64,000 nt of DNA, taken from positions 69,502,001-69,566,000 of the forward strand of contig OZ024743.1 in the NCBI GenBank assembly GCA_964016885.1, given 5' to 3'. The stretch comes from Eledone cirrhosa. Its lineage: Eukaryota. Positions 25,690 to 38,839 of the stretch are shown here, one piece after another. Each line of letters opens with the position of its first letter. Position 1 is the first letter of the stretch. The notes under the pieces were generated by a model that was given only the letters and a program-made list of their open reading frames with translations, ran no database searches and was not told the DNA's origin. Both the position numbers and the translations under genes were made by a program.

Positions 25690-28600
25690 TCCTCGATAAG
25701 AGTGTTTAAATGTCGAACCTAAACAGTTCGAATAACGGTGAAATGGAGACTAGAATGTCATGTGACAGACTCTCACCCAACAGGTGCTCCCTGGCTCAGC
25801 AGCAGGGACCTGGCTGTCAACCAAATACTGCTGGTGTCGGAGGAAGAAGAAGAAGGAAAGGCAGCAGAACCAACTGGACGAAAGAATTGAATAGAACTGT
25901 TATGCAATGTTACCTGAAGAGTAACCCCACGGAGAAAGGCTATAGGAAACGGATGCATAACATCTGGAACGAGATTGGTCTATTTAAATTAGATGAACAA
26001 AAATTGGCCGGGCAGGCTCGGGTAATAAGAACTAATGGGTGGATAAGCGAGGAGGAACTGAGCAGAGAGATTTGCTTGGAGATGGAGAGTGGAGTATGCC
26101 AGGCAAAGGAGCAAGTGTGAAATGAAGGTGAAGAGGTCGAGAGAACTGAGGAACCAGCCGAAGCAGACAATGATCTGAATGCTGGGATAAATAATACCTG
26201 GAACAGAGATACGGCCACATGAGGATATGAATGCTGACGGGCTAGGACAAGATTTGGTGTTAGATGAATTGAACAATGATAGTGGGAGACCTATGAACCT
26301 AAGATTTGTAGACCTAAGTTTAGGAAAAAGTTAAAAGAAACAACAGCTAAGGTAAACAAAGTTATCCCATACCTTGAGGTGAGGAGCCTTCACCAGTGCA
26401 ACAATATCCTCAAAGCAACAGCAAATACGGTGAGGAAACTACTTGGTATAAAAGCGAGAGGAAACAACAGACAAGAAAGATCAGAGCTTTGGTGGAAGAA
26501 ACGACTGAGTGGTCAAATCAGGGAAATGAGAAATGACACTGGAAAGCTTGAGTCCCTACTGAATGAGACACTAAAAAACATAGACACTAAAAATAGACTG
26601 GAAATAAAGTGCAAAACTAGGAGGAAAAAGCTAAATATTATCATAGAGGAACTGAAGCAACGCATTGTAGCAAAGAGTGCAAAAATCAGGCGATACGAGA
26701 ACAGAGTCAGTCAGTATAGACAGAACCGCATGTTCGACAACAACCAGAAGATGCTGTTTGGACAGCTTGAAGGGAAAGAAAGAGGCAACGACTTGATCCC
26801 TGAGGCGGAACAAACTAAAGCATTCTGGAGAGGAATATGGGAGCAGGATGTTAAACATAATGACCAGGCAGTGTGGATTGAGACAGTACAGAAGGAGATT
26901 AGTGAACAGTCACACCAACAAACTGATTTGAGTATCACAGTTGAAACTCTTAAGGGGCAGGCCAAAAAACTAACCAACTGGAATTCACCAGGCCCAGATG
27001 GTGTGCAGGGGTATTCGATTAAAAATATAACATCCCTCCACCCGAAACTGACAACCATGTTCAATGACAGCTTGATGTCAGGTGAGGTACCAGAGTGGTT
27101 GACAAAAGGTACCACAGTTCTGATAATGAAATCAAGGGTAATGATGTTACCAACTATAGACCTATCACATGTCTGTCCGTAATGTGGAAACTGTTGACAA
27201 GCATTATGTCTGAGGAAATCTACCATCACCTCCACACAAACAACTTGTTACCGGACGAACAGAAAGGATGCCGAAAGAAGTCACGTGGTACAAAGGACCA
27301 GTTACTTATTGATAAGATGGTAATGAGGAATTGCAAGAGGAGACACACTGGTCTTGCCATGGGATGGATAGACTACAAAAAGGCATTTGATACGGTGCCT
27401 CATTCTCGGATCACCAAAAGCCTGGAGATCTTCAAGGTGGCAGATAACATCAGACAGTTGTTGGGCAAAAGTATGAAGTCCTGGGAAACAGACCTAACAT
27501 CAACTGGAGAATCCTTGGAAAGCGTGAAGATCAAGAGAGGTATCTTCCAGGGAGATAGTCTGTCGCCTCTGTTGTTTGTCCTTGCCCTGATGCCCCTGAC
27601 CAGTGTACTGCGAAAAGTGAGAGCAGGATACAAGTTGGGAACGGGAGGGCTTACCATCAATCACCTCCTCTTCATGGACGATATTAAACTCTTCGGGAAA
27701 AGTGAGAAGGAGTTGGATGTGCATGTTGACACTGTCCGTAATTTCAGCAATGATATATGTATGCAATTTGGTATTAGTAAGTGTGGAGTCATTGTGATGA
27801 AGATGGGTAAGTTGAGCAGAAGTAACGGAATCCAGGTACCAACAGGTGAGATGATAAAGGCAATTGACGCTGAAGAAGGATACAAGTATTTGGGTGTTCT
27901 GGAGGCTGATGACATCAAGAACAAAAAAAATCAAGGAATTGATAAGAACTGAATACATTCGGAGAGTAGGGAGCGTATTAAAGTCACATCTGAACAGTAG
28001 GAATGCCATAAGTGCAGTAAATTCCCGAGCTTTGTCTATTATTAGGTACAGTGCGGGAATTCTGAGATGGAATGTTGCTGAACAAAAAGAAATGGATAGG
28101 AAGACTAGGAAGCTATTGACTATCTACAACATGTTCCACAAGAGGAGTGATGTCGATAGACTCTACTTAAGGAGATCTGAAGGTGGAAGAGGTCTTATGA
28201 GCATAGAGCACTGTGTTCAGATGGAGAAAACAACCTACACGAATACGTGACTGATAGTAAGGAGCCAATGCTCAGAACTGTACTGAAGGAGGGGACAATA
28301 GGCCAGGGGATGTCCAAGGAGGAAATAACATCAAGGAGAAAGAGCAGCCTTCATGAAAAATCCCTTCATAGTGCCTTCTTTGAGAAAACTGAATTCAGAG
28401 ATCCACAGACATGGAACTGGTTGAAAAGAGGAAACATTAAAAAGGCTACAGAAGGAATGCTAATGGCTGTGCAAGAGCAGGCCTTCAAAACGAAGTGGTT
28501 GAAACACCATATTTACAAGGAGGAGGCTAGCCCACTGTGTAGGATGTGTTGAGAGACAGAGGAGACTGTGGCTCACATTGTATCCAAGTGTAAACACCTA

Positions 28601-29190
28601 GCCCAGACTCACTATAAGGGATGGAGACATGATGTGATGGGCAGGGTGATCCACTGGCACCTATGCAAAGTAAACAATTTACCACATTCTGAGAAGTGGT
28701 ATGAGCATAAGCCAGAGTCGGTGATAGAAAACGATCAGGTGAAGGTGGTGTGGGATTTTAGGATACAGACGGACAGGAAACTGGAACACAATAGACCTGA
28801 CCTGGTGGTTGTGGACAAAGAAAAAACATCGTGCCTGATTGTGGATGTGGCCTGCCCATTCGACACGAGAGTGCAAGAGAAGGAAAGGCAGAAAATTAAC
28901 CGATACCAGGACTTAAAGTGGGAGGTAAAAAGGATTTGGAACTGCCATGAAGTCAAAGTGATCCCGATTGTCATAGGCGCACTAGGGACTATCTCAAAAA
29001 GTTTCCAGGGATGGTTAAAGAAAATTGGCCCCTTCACCCTTTTTGGAACGCTTCAAAAGGCATGCTTGCTGGGAACAGCAAGAATCCTCCGATACGTCCT
29101 GAATATCTGAGGCTGCAGGTAGTGGCTTGATATTCATTTCAACAAACTTTCCAGTTAACTAACATCAATGACTGAGGCTCAAAGAATAGT
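25690..29190 (+). mobile_element. Near full-length R4/Dong-like non-LTR retrotransposon (RT + CCHC + restriction-like endonuclease), disrupted
   Basis: N-terminal W..E.N..VM.CY..S.P..GYRKRM..IW; RT motifs [46 protein letters not shown]; CRMC..H..C; RHD..NRPDLVV..IVDVACP..K...Y; ORF split by frameshifts/stops (25710-29110); followed by (TAA)n. Confidence 0.92.
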
Positions 29191-29196
29191 GATAAG

Positions 29197-29267
<71 letters not shown>

Positions 29268-29268
<1 letters not shown>

Positions 29269-31285
29269 CCAACTATAGACCTATCACATGTCTGTCCGTA
29301 ATGTGGAAACTGTTGACAAGCATTGTGTCTGAGGAAATCTACCATCACCTCCACACAAACAACTTGTTACCGGACGAACAGAAAGGATGCCGAAAGAAGT
29401 CCCGTGGTACAAAGGACCAGTTACTTATTGATAAGATGATAATTAGGAATTGCAAGAGGAGACACACTAGTCTTGCCATGGGATGGATAGACTACAAAAA
29501 GGCATTTGTGATGGTGCCCCATTCTTGGATCACCAAAATTTGGCAGATAACATCAGACAGTTGTCGGGCAAAAGTATGAAGTCCTGGAAAACCGAGTTAA
29601 CATCAGCTGGAGAATCCTTGGGAGGCGTGAAGATCAAGAGAGGTATCTTCCAGGGAGATAGTCTGTCCCCTCTGTTGTTTGTCCTTGCCCTGATGCCCCT
29701 GACCAGTGTACTGCGAAAAGTGAGAGCAGGATACAAGTTGGGAACGGGAGGGCTTACCATCAATCACCTCCTCTTCATGGACGATATTAAACTCTTCGGG
29801 AAGAGTGAGAAGGAGTTGGATGTGCTTGTTGACACTGTCCGTAATTTCAGCAATGATATATGTATGCAATTTGGTATTAGTAAGTGTGGAGTCATTGTGA
29901 TGAAGATGGGTAAGTTGAGCAGAAGTAACGGAATCCAGGTACCAACAGGTGAGATGATAAAGGCAATTGACACTGAAGAAGGATTCAAGTATTTGGGTGT
30001 TCTGGAGGCTGATGATATCAAGAACAACAAAATGAAGGAATTGATAAGATATGAATACATTCGGAGAGTAGGGAGCGTATTAAAGTCACATCTGAACAGT
30101 AGGAATGCCATAAGTGCAGTAAATTCCCGAGCTGTGTCTATTATTAGATACAGTGCGGGAATTTTGAGATGGAATGTTGCTGAACAAAAAGAAATGGATA
30201 GGAAGACTAGGAAGCTATTGACTACCTACATGTTCCACAAGAGCAGTGATGTCGAGAGACTCTACTTAAGGAGATCTGAAGGTGGAAGAGGTCTTATTAG
30301 CATAGAGGAATGTGTTGAGATGGAGAAAATCAACCTACACAAATACCTGACTGATGTAGGGAGCCAATGCTCACAATTGTACTGAAGTAGAGGACAATAG
30401 ACCAGGGGATGTCCAAGGAGCAAATAACAACATGGAGAAAGAGCAGTCTTCATGAAAAATCCCTTCATAGTACCTTCTTTGAGAAAACTGAATTCAAAGA
30501 TCCACAGACATGGAACTGGTTGAAAAGAGGAGACCTTAAAAAGGCTATAGAAGGAATGCTAATGGCTGAGCAAGAGCAGGCCCTCAAAACGAAGTGGTTG
30601 AAACACCATATTTACAAGGAGGAGGATAGCCCACTGTGCAGGATCTGTGGAGAGAGAGAGGAGACTGTGGCTCCCATTGTATCCGAGTGTAAACACCTAG
30701 CCCATGCTCACTATAAAGGCCGGAGACATGATGTGATGGGCAAGGTGATCCTCTGGCACTTATGCAAAGTAAACAATTTACCACATTCTGAGAAATGGTA
30801 TGAGCACAAGCCTGAGTCGGTGATAGAAAACGAACAGGTGAAGGTGCTGTGGGATTTTAGGATACAGACGGACAAGAAACTGGAACACAATAGACCTGAC
30901 CATGTGGTTTTGGACAAGGAAAAAGATCCTGTCTGATTGTGGATGTGGCCTGCCCATTCGACACGAGAGTGCAAGAGAAGGAGAGGGAGAAAATTAACCG
31001 ATACCAGGACTTAAAGTGGGAGGTAAAATGGATTTGGAATTGCCATGACGTCAAAGTCGTCCCGATTGTCATAGGCGCACTAGGTACTATCTCAAAAAGT
31101 TTCCAGGGATGGTTAAAGAAAATTGGCCCCGCCCCGCTTTTTGGAACGCTTCAAAAGGCATGCTTGCTGGGAAGAGCAAGAACCCTCCGATACGTCCTGA
31201 ATATCTGAGGCTGCACGTAGTGGCTTGATATTCATTTCTATAAACTTTCCAGTTAACTAACATCAATGACTGAGCCTGAAAGAAC
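29268..31285 (+). mobile_element. Second, 5'-truncated copy of the same R4/Dong-like family in tandem
   Basis: Starts at accaactatagacc (= 27149 of copy 1); highly similar through the 3' UTR; (TAA)n on both sides. Confidence 0.92.
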
Positions 31286-31344
<59 letters not shown>

Positions 31345-31346
<2 letters not shown>

Positions 31347-32065
31347 TTTTCTTTATTAACCACAAGGGTTTACATAAAGTAGACATTAAGGACAGTACAG
31401 GACAATACAGGACGGTACAAATGGGCATTTCTGCGTGTAAAAAAAACAGAGCATGAAATAAAATAACAAAGAAAAATTCCCCAATAGGGGGGAGACTTCC
31501 GAGGGACATTTGTGGAGAAAGCCCATTAAAAGACCACAGTGGCCTGACCACCTAGGCAGGTGCCCTCTCCCAGTTTTCCACCTTTAATTTACAGACACAT
31601 ACTCAGAGAAGGCCCATTCATTCGGGCCATACTTGCTTCTCTCACCCATCTTTCAACAAAATGCTGGGAAGAGAGCACTTCCCTCTCTACCCTGATTTTC
31701 CTTTTCAGATGAAATTTGAAAAAGTTAATCAGGGCATCACCGAAGAGGTAAGTGCTCGTCTTCAGCCCTTTCAAACGTGTCCACCATACTATCTCTTTCG
31801 CCATGGCCACCAGACAGATAAAAACTGCCTGCCCTTCCCGGCTAAAGGAAGAGGGCGGGGCAATCCTCACGATGGACTCAGCTGATAGCTGGATCCGTCT
31901 TACACGTGACAGCAGGTGTTCGACATAACCCCACAAGTCAGCAATGCTCGGACACTGGACGAGTGCGTGCAGGACGGTTTCGTCGCCCTGTGCGCATCTC
32001 GGACATGCCCGGCTGACGGCACCTCCATGCCTGTAAAGTTTATCCCGAACTGGCAAAGCACCCAA
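31345..32065 (-). mobile_element. 5'-truncated Tx1/L1-clade LINE 3' end
   Basis: ORF 31589-32065 GALPVRDKLYRHG..CPRC..ETVLHALVQC; 3' end aataaagaaaaca followed by (TTA)n. Confidence 0.85.
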
Positions 32066-32802
32066 GCCAACATAATAAAAAATGGGTGCAGCCCATTATG
32101 CCGTGTATGCAAAAAACAACCAGAGACCATTGACCATATAATTTCAATGTGCAGTCATATAGCTCCAACCGAATACCTAAACAGGCATGACAGAGCTGCA
32201 CAATACATACATTGGATAATGTGTAAGCATTTTGACCTGCCCATCAAAAGAATTGGTGGGAGCATCAACCACCTCCCATACTTGAAAAAGATCACATCTC
32301 AATCTTGTGGAACTTTAGCATCCAAACAGACCGAAAAATAGATGCAAATAGACCTGATATAATATTGAAGGACTTTCAAAGGAGGGTATGCCTGCTAATT
32401 GATATGTCTGTTCCAATAGACAAGAATGTATCTATAAAAACATTTGAAAAATTGAGGAAGTATAAGGACCTGGAGATAGAAATTGGAAAAATGTGGAAAT
32501 TGAGAACTAAAACAATACCAGTGGTTGTAGGCGCTCTGGGAATGATACCTAAGGGGTCTAACGACTACTTATCTCAAATCCCAGGAAACCCGCGTATAGG
32601 AGAAATACAAAAGATAGTACTAATGGGAACTGCCCATATACTAAGGAAGATCCTGTCAATATAAGTACTTGACAAGTCTAAACACTAAGGATGCATGTGT
32701 GAATATGTGTTCTTTCTTGAACATGGCGGACCTTGTTGTCTCTTGAGGTCACTGGTTGTGACTTGGTGATAACTCGTATAAACATAAAGCAAGATAAATG
32801 CA
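32063..32802 (+). mobile_element. 5'-truncated divergent R4/Dong-like RLE element 3' end
   Basis: CRVCK..ETIDHIISMC..RHD..IHW..; WNFSIQTD..NRPDIIL..LIDMSVP..K..KYKDL..PVVVGALG; followed by (TAA)n(GAA)n. Confidence 0.85.
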
Positions 32803-32868
<66 letters not shown>

Positions 32869-32892
32869 AATAAGAACAACAACAACAGCAAC

Positions 32893-34740
32893 AACAACAG
32901 CAACAAAAGCGAACTTACCAATGATGCCGGTCGTAATCCAAAGCGCTTTTATGCTCACGTGCAGAAAAATCAAAAACTGAATAACCAAATTGTCACTCCG
33001 AAACTCCGAAGGTGCAGTTATTGAACACGCTGACCAACAAGCTTCTCTTTTTGCCGATGTTTTCGCAAATATCTTGAAGGGGGAGGATGGCAGAGAACCT
33101 CCAAATCTAAATCTAAACATGATCGCCCTACCAAAGCAGCCAACCACCGTCAGACCGAAACGAGGTGAAACAGTTGCTTTTGTCCTTAGATTTGAATAAG
33201 GAGGTTGGTCCAGACGGTCTACATCCAGCGATTTGGGGTTCAGTTGCACCCAACCTTGCTAAACCTCTAGCCACACTATTCAACCTATCATTGGCTACCG
33301 GAGTTGTTTCTGCCGACTGGAAAATAGCTATAATTTGCCCTATCTTTAAAAAAGACGACAAAGAAGATCCGGGGAACTACAGACCCGTGAGCCTCACCTC
33401 AATCGTCTGTAAAGCCTTGGAATCTCTAATGAAGCGGGCAATTATGGCTCATCTTGCGTCTTTCACTGCCATCTCTCCATCTCAACATGGTTTCATCCCG
33501 AAACGTTCCTGTCTTACAAACCTACTCGTGATGGAAGAATGGGTGACGAGGATAATAGACGATGGTGATGCGGCCGATATTATCTTTCTCGACTTCGCAA
33601 AAGCCTTTGACTGTCAACCACCGCCTGCTCCTTCATAGGCTCAGCAACTATGGTCTCCATGATTCGATTATAAAGTGGATTGGATCATTTCTTGAGGGTC
33701 GTACTTGCAGAGTTCGGATCAATGGTAGTCTGTCATCGGGGGTGGGTGTAGACAGCGGCGTTCCCCAGGGCTCTGTGTTGGGCCCAATTCTCTTCCATCT
33801 ATACATCAACGACATGCCGGACGTGATTGGTGGAAACGTGCTTCTATTTGCAGATGATGTGAAAATGGTAGCCTGTAGGAGCGAGATCGACAATCTCAAG
33901 TCCAGCCTCCAATGCGACTGGAGTTGGTCCATTGACTGGGATTTATACCTCAATGTCGATAAGTGTTGCCATATGAAAGTGGGTACACCTTATAACTCAG
34001 CTCTTACCTTCAATGATGGCACTGCTCCTTTGACGGAGGTTGAGGAGGAAAGATCTTGGTCTGCTGGTCGACTCGTCCTTCCAACCATCAAAACCTTGCA
34101 TTCAAGCCGCAAACAAGGAAAGGAGCTCTCTTTTTCTTATTCGACGCTCCTTTGCCAAACTTACTCCCAAAATGTTCCGGCCTCTCTATGTCGTCCTCGT
34201 GAGACCGCACCTAGAATATGGCATACAAGCATCAAACCCATATCTCATCCGGGATATCCATCACATGGAGAGAGTTCAACGACTAGCGACTCGAATGGTA
34301 CAGGGTCTTCATGAGCTGCCCTACGAAAGCCGGCTGCAAAAGCTGAACCTCTTCTCCTTGAAGAGTCGACGGCTAAGAAGCGATCTAATTTTGACATACA
34401 ATCTCTTCACTGGCCATTAGAATCTCCCCCAAGATCTCCTATTCACTCCGCCACTTGAAAGGGGTCTACGTGAACATGACAAAAAACTGTTTCACCGCCG
34501 CGTTCGCCTGAATAGACGGAAAGCTGCTTTCTCGATCAGCATCTCTGGACCCTGGAATCGGCTTCCTGAAGAAGTAGTCAACTCGTCTACCACGCAACAA
34601 TTCAAGGCGAAATTGGACCGGTGTTGTACCACTGTGTTTCGGACTGTAAATTTTGCCCGCCTCCCCTCCTTACATGGCTTCGGAAGCATCTATGTTTTAA
34701 TTTCTACCAAATATTTTGAATTGAATGGAATTGAATTGAA
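32893..34740 (+). mobile_element. 5'-truncated CR1-clade LINE (RT domain to 3' tail), frameshifted
   Basis: GPDGLHP, NYRPVSLTS, QHGF..KRSCLTNL, LDFAKAFD, GVPQGSVLGP.LF.LYIND, LFADDVK, KDLG, VRPHLEY, ERVQRLAT; tail of (TTGAA)n repeats; sits in a (CAA)n tract. Confidence 0.92.
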
Positions 34741-34811
34741 CAACATCAACAACAACGACGACGACGACGGCAACAAGATAAACAAGAAGTAGAACAAGAA
34801 AAGAGAAGCAT

Positions 34812-34849
<38 letters not shown>

Positions 34850-35297
34850 ACACACACACCTACAGAGACATATGCACATCCACACAGAATTAAGTACACA
34901 CGAAGCCTACCCACAAATACGTAGAAACAAGTGGCTGAAATAAACGACTGTACAATGTAGGAGGCATTTGTGTCTGTTACATTCTTTAATAGACCCCCGA
35001 ATAGTTTCTTTCTAATACTTTTAACTCCATATTTATAAACATGAATGTAAAACAATAGTAATGTATATTCCCATGCTACCATCTCATGCTGGATGCTCAT
35101 TCAACCAGATAACTACAAATAAACAATAAAGCCTGCTCTATGCTCCGTTGATGGTGATCCGTCTTATCGCTAGACCGCCGCACTCCCTTGATCCCGTGGG
35201 ACAATCGCTTAGTGAATGTGTGAGGTGGAGACTGTTGAACTTATGTGTATGCAAACATACATACACACATACATATATATATATATATGTGCGTGCA

Positions 35298-35397
<100 letters not shown>

Positions 35398-35409
35398 TGC
35401 ATACGTGTG

Positions 35410-35463
<54 letters not shown>

Positions 35464-35586
35464 CGTTTGTGTGTGTATTTAACGCACCCTACAGTCAAGC
35501 ACACACACAACGATAAATGTAACTGTTAATGCACTTTTGTAAAAACCACCGACTCAAAGATCTTTACCAGTAATATCTCTTAACAA

Positions 35587-35617
<31 letters not shown>

Positions 35618-36390
35618 ATGTGTTTGTGTGTATGTGTGTGTATGTGTGCGTGTATGTGTGTGTGTGCGTGTGCGTGTGTGCATGTGTGCGTATGTGTGTG
35701 TGTATGTGTGCGTATGTGTATGTCTGTGTGTGTGAAAATGAAACTTTATATTAGTAGTCATTTCATATAATCTCTCTATTCATTTTAGTAAAATGGATAA
35801 ATATCTCTTGTTTATTTAATTAATTAATCATGATAGTGAGAATGAAAACTATCTGAGTTCGATAGAATACTAACATCTAAGGGCATGTAAATGCAATAGT
35901 AAAATAAAAATGAGATTAAATTAAATTTGCAGCTCACACCTACGCAAGCTTAGCTGGCGGCCTAATAGTTTGCTTTCATCGGAGGTTTTTCGGTTGCTTT
36001 AAAAACAGGGTTGCCAATTTTATCATGAAATGCAACGTGAAATAAATCGTCTCTCTTAAGAACACAACACGCAGCCCCCACTCGATCCTGTAATTGAACA
36101 TACGCCCTTACGGTCGTCAATCAAAACCATTAGTCGACACACCTTCACTTTCACATCTGCAACAGAGTGTCATAATCTCATCATCGGATCCTTTAGAGTT
36201 TGCAATACTGAATTAAACCGTAGACTTGCTTAGGTTATATATATAGATCCGTAACACCTGATGAAGTCGTTGACATTTTAAATCTGGAGTAACTTATCAC
36301 TCACCTGATGTGAACACGATTGATTTCTTCCTGTCAAGGGGAGGGAGTGAGAGAGAGGGGGAGAGAGAGGGAGTGAGCGAGAGAGAGAGG

Positions 36391-36448
<58 letters not shown>

Positions 36449-36480
36449 GATAGGAAGAAAGAGTGTTATATATAGAAATA

Positions 36481-36616
36481 TTTGTTTCTACTTTTGGCAC
36501 AAGGCCACCAATTATTCTAGTGTATTACTCGTACTTTATTTTATCGACCACGTAAGGATGAAAGGCAAAGTTAACCTTGGCGGGATTTGAACTCAGACCA
36601 TAAAGGGCCGTAACTC
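36481..36616 (-). mobile_element. tRNA-derived SINE, 5'-truncated
   Basis: Reverse complement of the family consensus (gagttcaaatcccgcc..tttgcctttcatcc..gccttgtgccaaaagtagaaac). Confidence 0.8.
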
Positions 36617-37099
36617 GTTTATATTGACCACAGTATTGGGGTGCTATATTTCATCGATCATGAGTGGTAAATTTGATCTCGGTGGGTTTTCGACAGTATA
36701 CTGTATATGCGCAGAGCCGGAACAAACATCCAAAAGCATTTTATCTGACGTTAAATATGCACTATGTCTGAATAAATGAGTTGGTTACGAAGGAAACACC
36801 TTTGATCAGAAATCATCTTGAACAGAGATATTCTTCAACACCACTATCAGCAACACCACTATCACCAACATAGTCACTCGTGGCAATGATAATTAACAAC
36901 ACAGCAACCAACTATCAACACCATCCTTACCATCAAACACCAGCACCATCACTTACATACACACATTCTCTCCTCTCCCGCTATCAAGTTCACCACTACC
37001 ACCAACATCACGGCCACACATATCACCGCAACAGCCACACTCCCGCCACTACTACTACGATTACTTGCACCAACACCATTATACCCAGCATGAGACATC

Positions 37100-38652
37100 A
37101 TCTCTCCTTCCCACTATCAACATCACTGTCATATCCAACACTAACACCATCATGTCGCCGACATTATAATATCCAACACTATCACTAACATCATCATCAA
37201 CACCATATCCAACACTAACACCGCTGTCGCCATCACCACCACCAATGCCACTCCCACCACCACCCCACCGCCACGACCACCACCACCAATGCCACTCCCA
37301 CCACCGTCACCAACACTACCACCACCACCACCACCACCACCACCACCATCGTCACCAACGCTACCACCACCGCCGCCACCATCAACACCACCAATGCCAC
37401 TCCCACCACCACCGTCACCAACACTACCACCACCACCACCACCACCATCGTCACCAACGCTACCACCACCGCCGCCACCATCACCACCACCATGGCCACT
37501 TCCACCACAATTGTCACCAACACTACCACCACCACCACCAATGCCACTCCCACCACCACCGTCACCAACACTACCACCACCACCACCAATGCCACTCCCA
37601 CCACCACCGTCACCAACACTATCAACACCACCACTGTCACCAACACTACCACTGCCACCACCCAAAACCAATGCCACTCCCACCACCACCATCACCAACA
37701 CTACCATCGCCACCACCACCACCAATGCCACTCCCACCACCATCACCACCACCACCACCACCACCACCAATGCCACTCCCACCACCACCATCACCACCGC
37801 CACCACCACCACCTCGCCACCACCACCACAACAACCGTCACCAACACTACGACCACCACCACCACCACTACCACCAATGCCACTCCCACCTCCACTGTCA
37901 CCAACACTACCACCACCTCCATCCCCACCAACGCCACTCCCCCCACCACCACTGTCACCAACACTACCTCCGCCACCACCACCACCACCACCACCAGTGC
38001 CACTCCCACCTCCACTGTCACCAACACTACCACCACCTCCATCCCCACCGACGCCCCCCCCCCCCCACTGTCACCAACACTACCTCCGCCACCACCACCA
38101 CCAGTGCCACTCCCACCTCCACTGTCACCAACACTACCACCACCTCCATCCCCACCAACGCCACTCCCCCACCACCACTGTCACCAACACTACCTCCGCC
38201 ACCACCACCACCAGTGCCACTCCCACCTCCACTGTCACCAACACTACCACCACCTCCATCCCCACCAACGCCACTCCCCCACCACCACTGTCACCAACAC
38301 TACCTCCGCCACCACCACCACCACCACCACCAGTGCCACTCCCACCTCCACTGTCACCAACACTACCACCACCTCCATCCCCACCAACGCCACTCCCCCC
38401 ACCTCCACTGTCACCAACACTACCTCCGCCACCACCACCACCACCACCACCAGTGCCACTCCCACCTCCACTGTCACCAACACTACCACCACCTCCATCC
38501 CCACCAACGCCACTCCCCCCACCACCACTGTCACCAACACTACCTCCGCCACCACCACCACCAGTGCCACTCCCACCTCCACTGTCACCAACACTACCCC
38601 CCCCCCACCACTGTCACCAACACTACCTCCGCCACCACCACCACCACCACCA
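37100..38652. repeat. (CAC)n-based minisatellite with higher-order ~110-120-bp units
   Basis: Recurrent gccactcccacctccactgtcaccaacactaccaccacctccatccccaccaac; long ORFs in all three + frames because stops are absent. Confidence 0.9.
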
Positions 38653-38839
38653 CATATGTTAGAGCAATGGTGTTAATATTAGTTCAGCTGGTGTTAAAAG
38701 GTGTGAAGCGATAGCCCACATGACATGATATGAAAGGTTTATAACAAGCCATCTCCTCCTCCTCCTCCTTCGCATCTCACTAGCAATGACATATTGTTTA
38801 ACCACAGTTAAATTCTTATGAGTAAAAGGGGGCCCATGC

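Noticed and set aside
36257-36285. CTGATGA followed by a small stem as a hammerhead
   Set aside because: No GAAA/stem III/UH in register
37245-38714. 394-489-aa Thr/Pro/His-rich ORFs (mucin/extensin-like)
   Set aside because: All three + frames are open because the C/A-rich repeat lacks stops; poly-C indels swap frames between repeat units; no signal peptide or splice evidence
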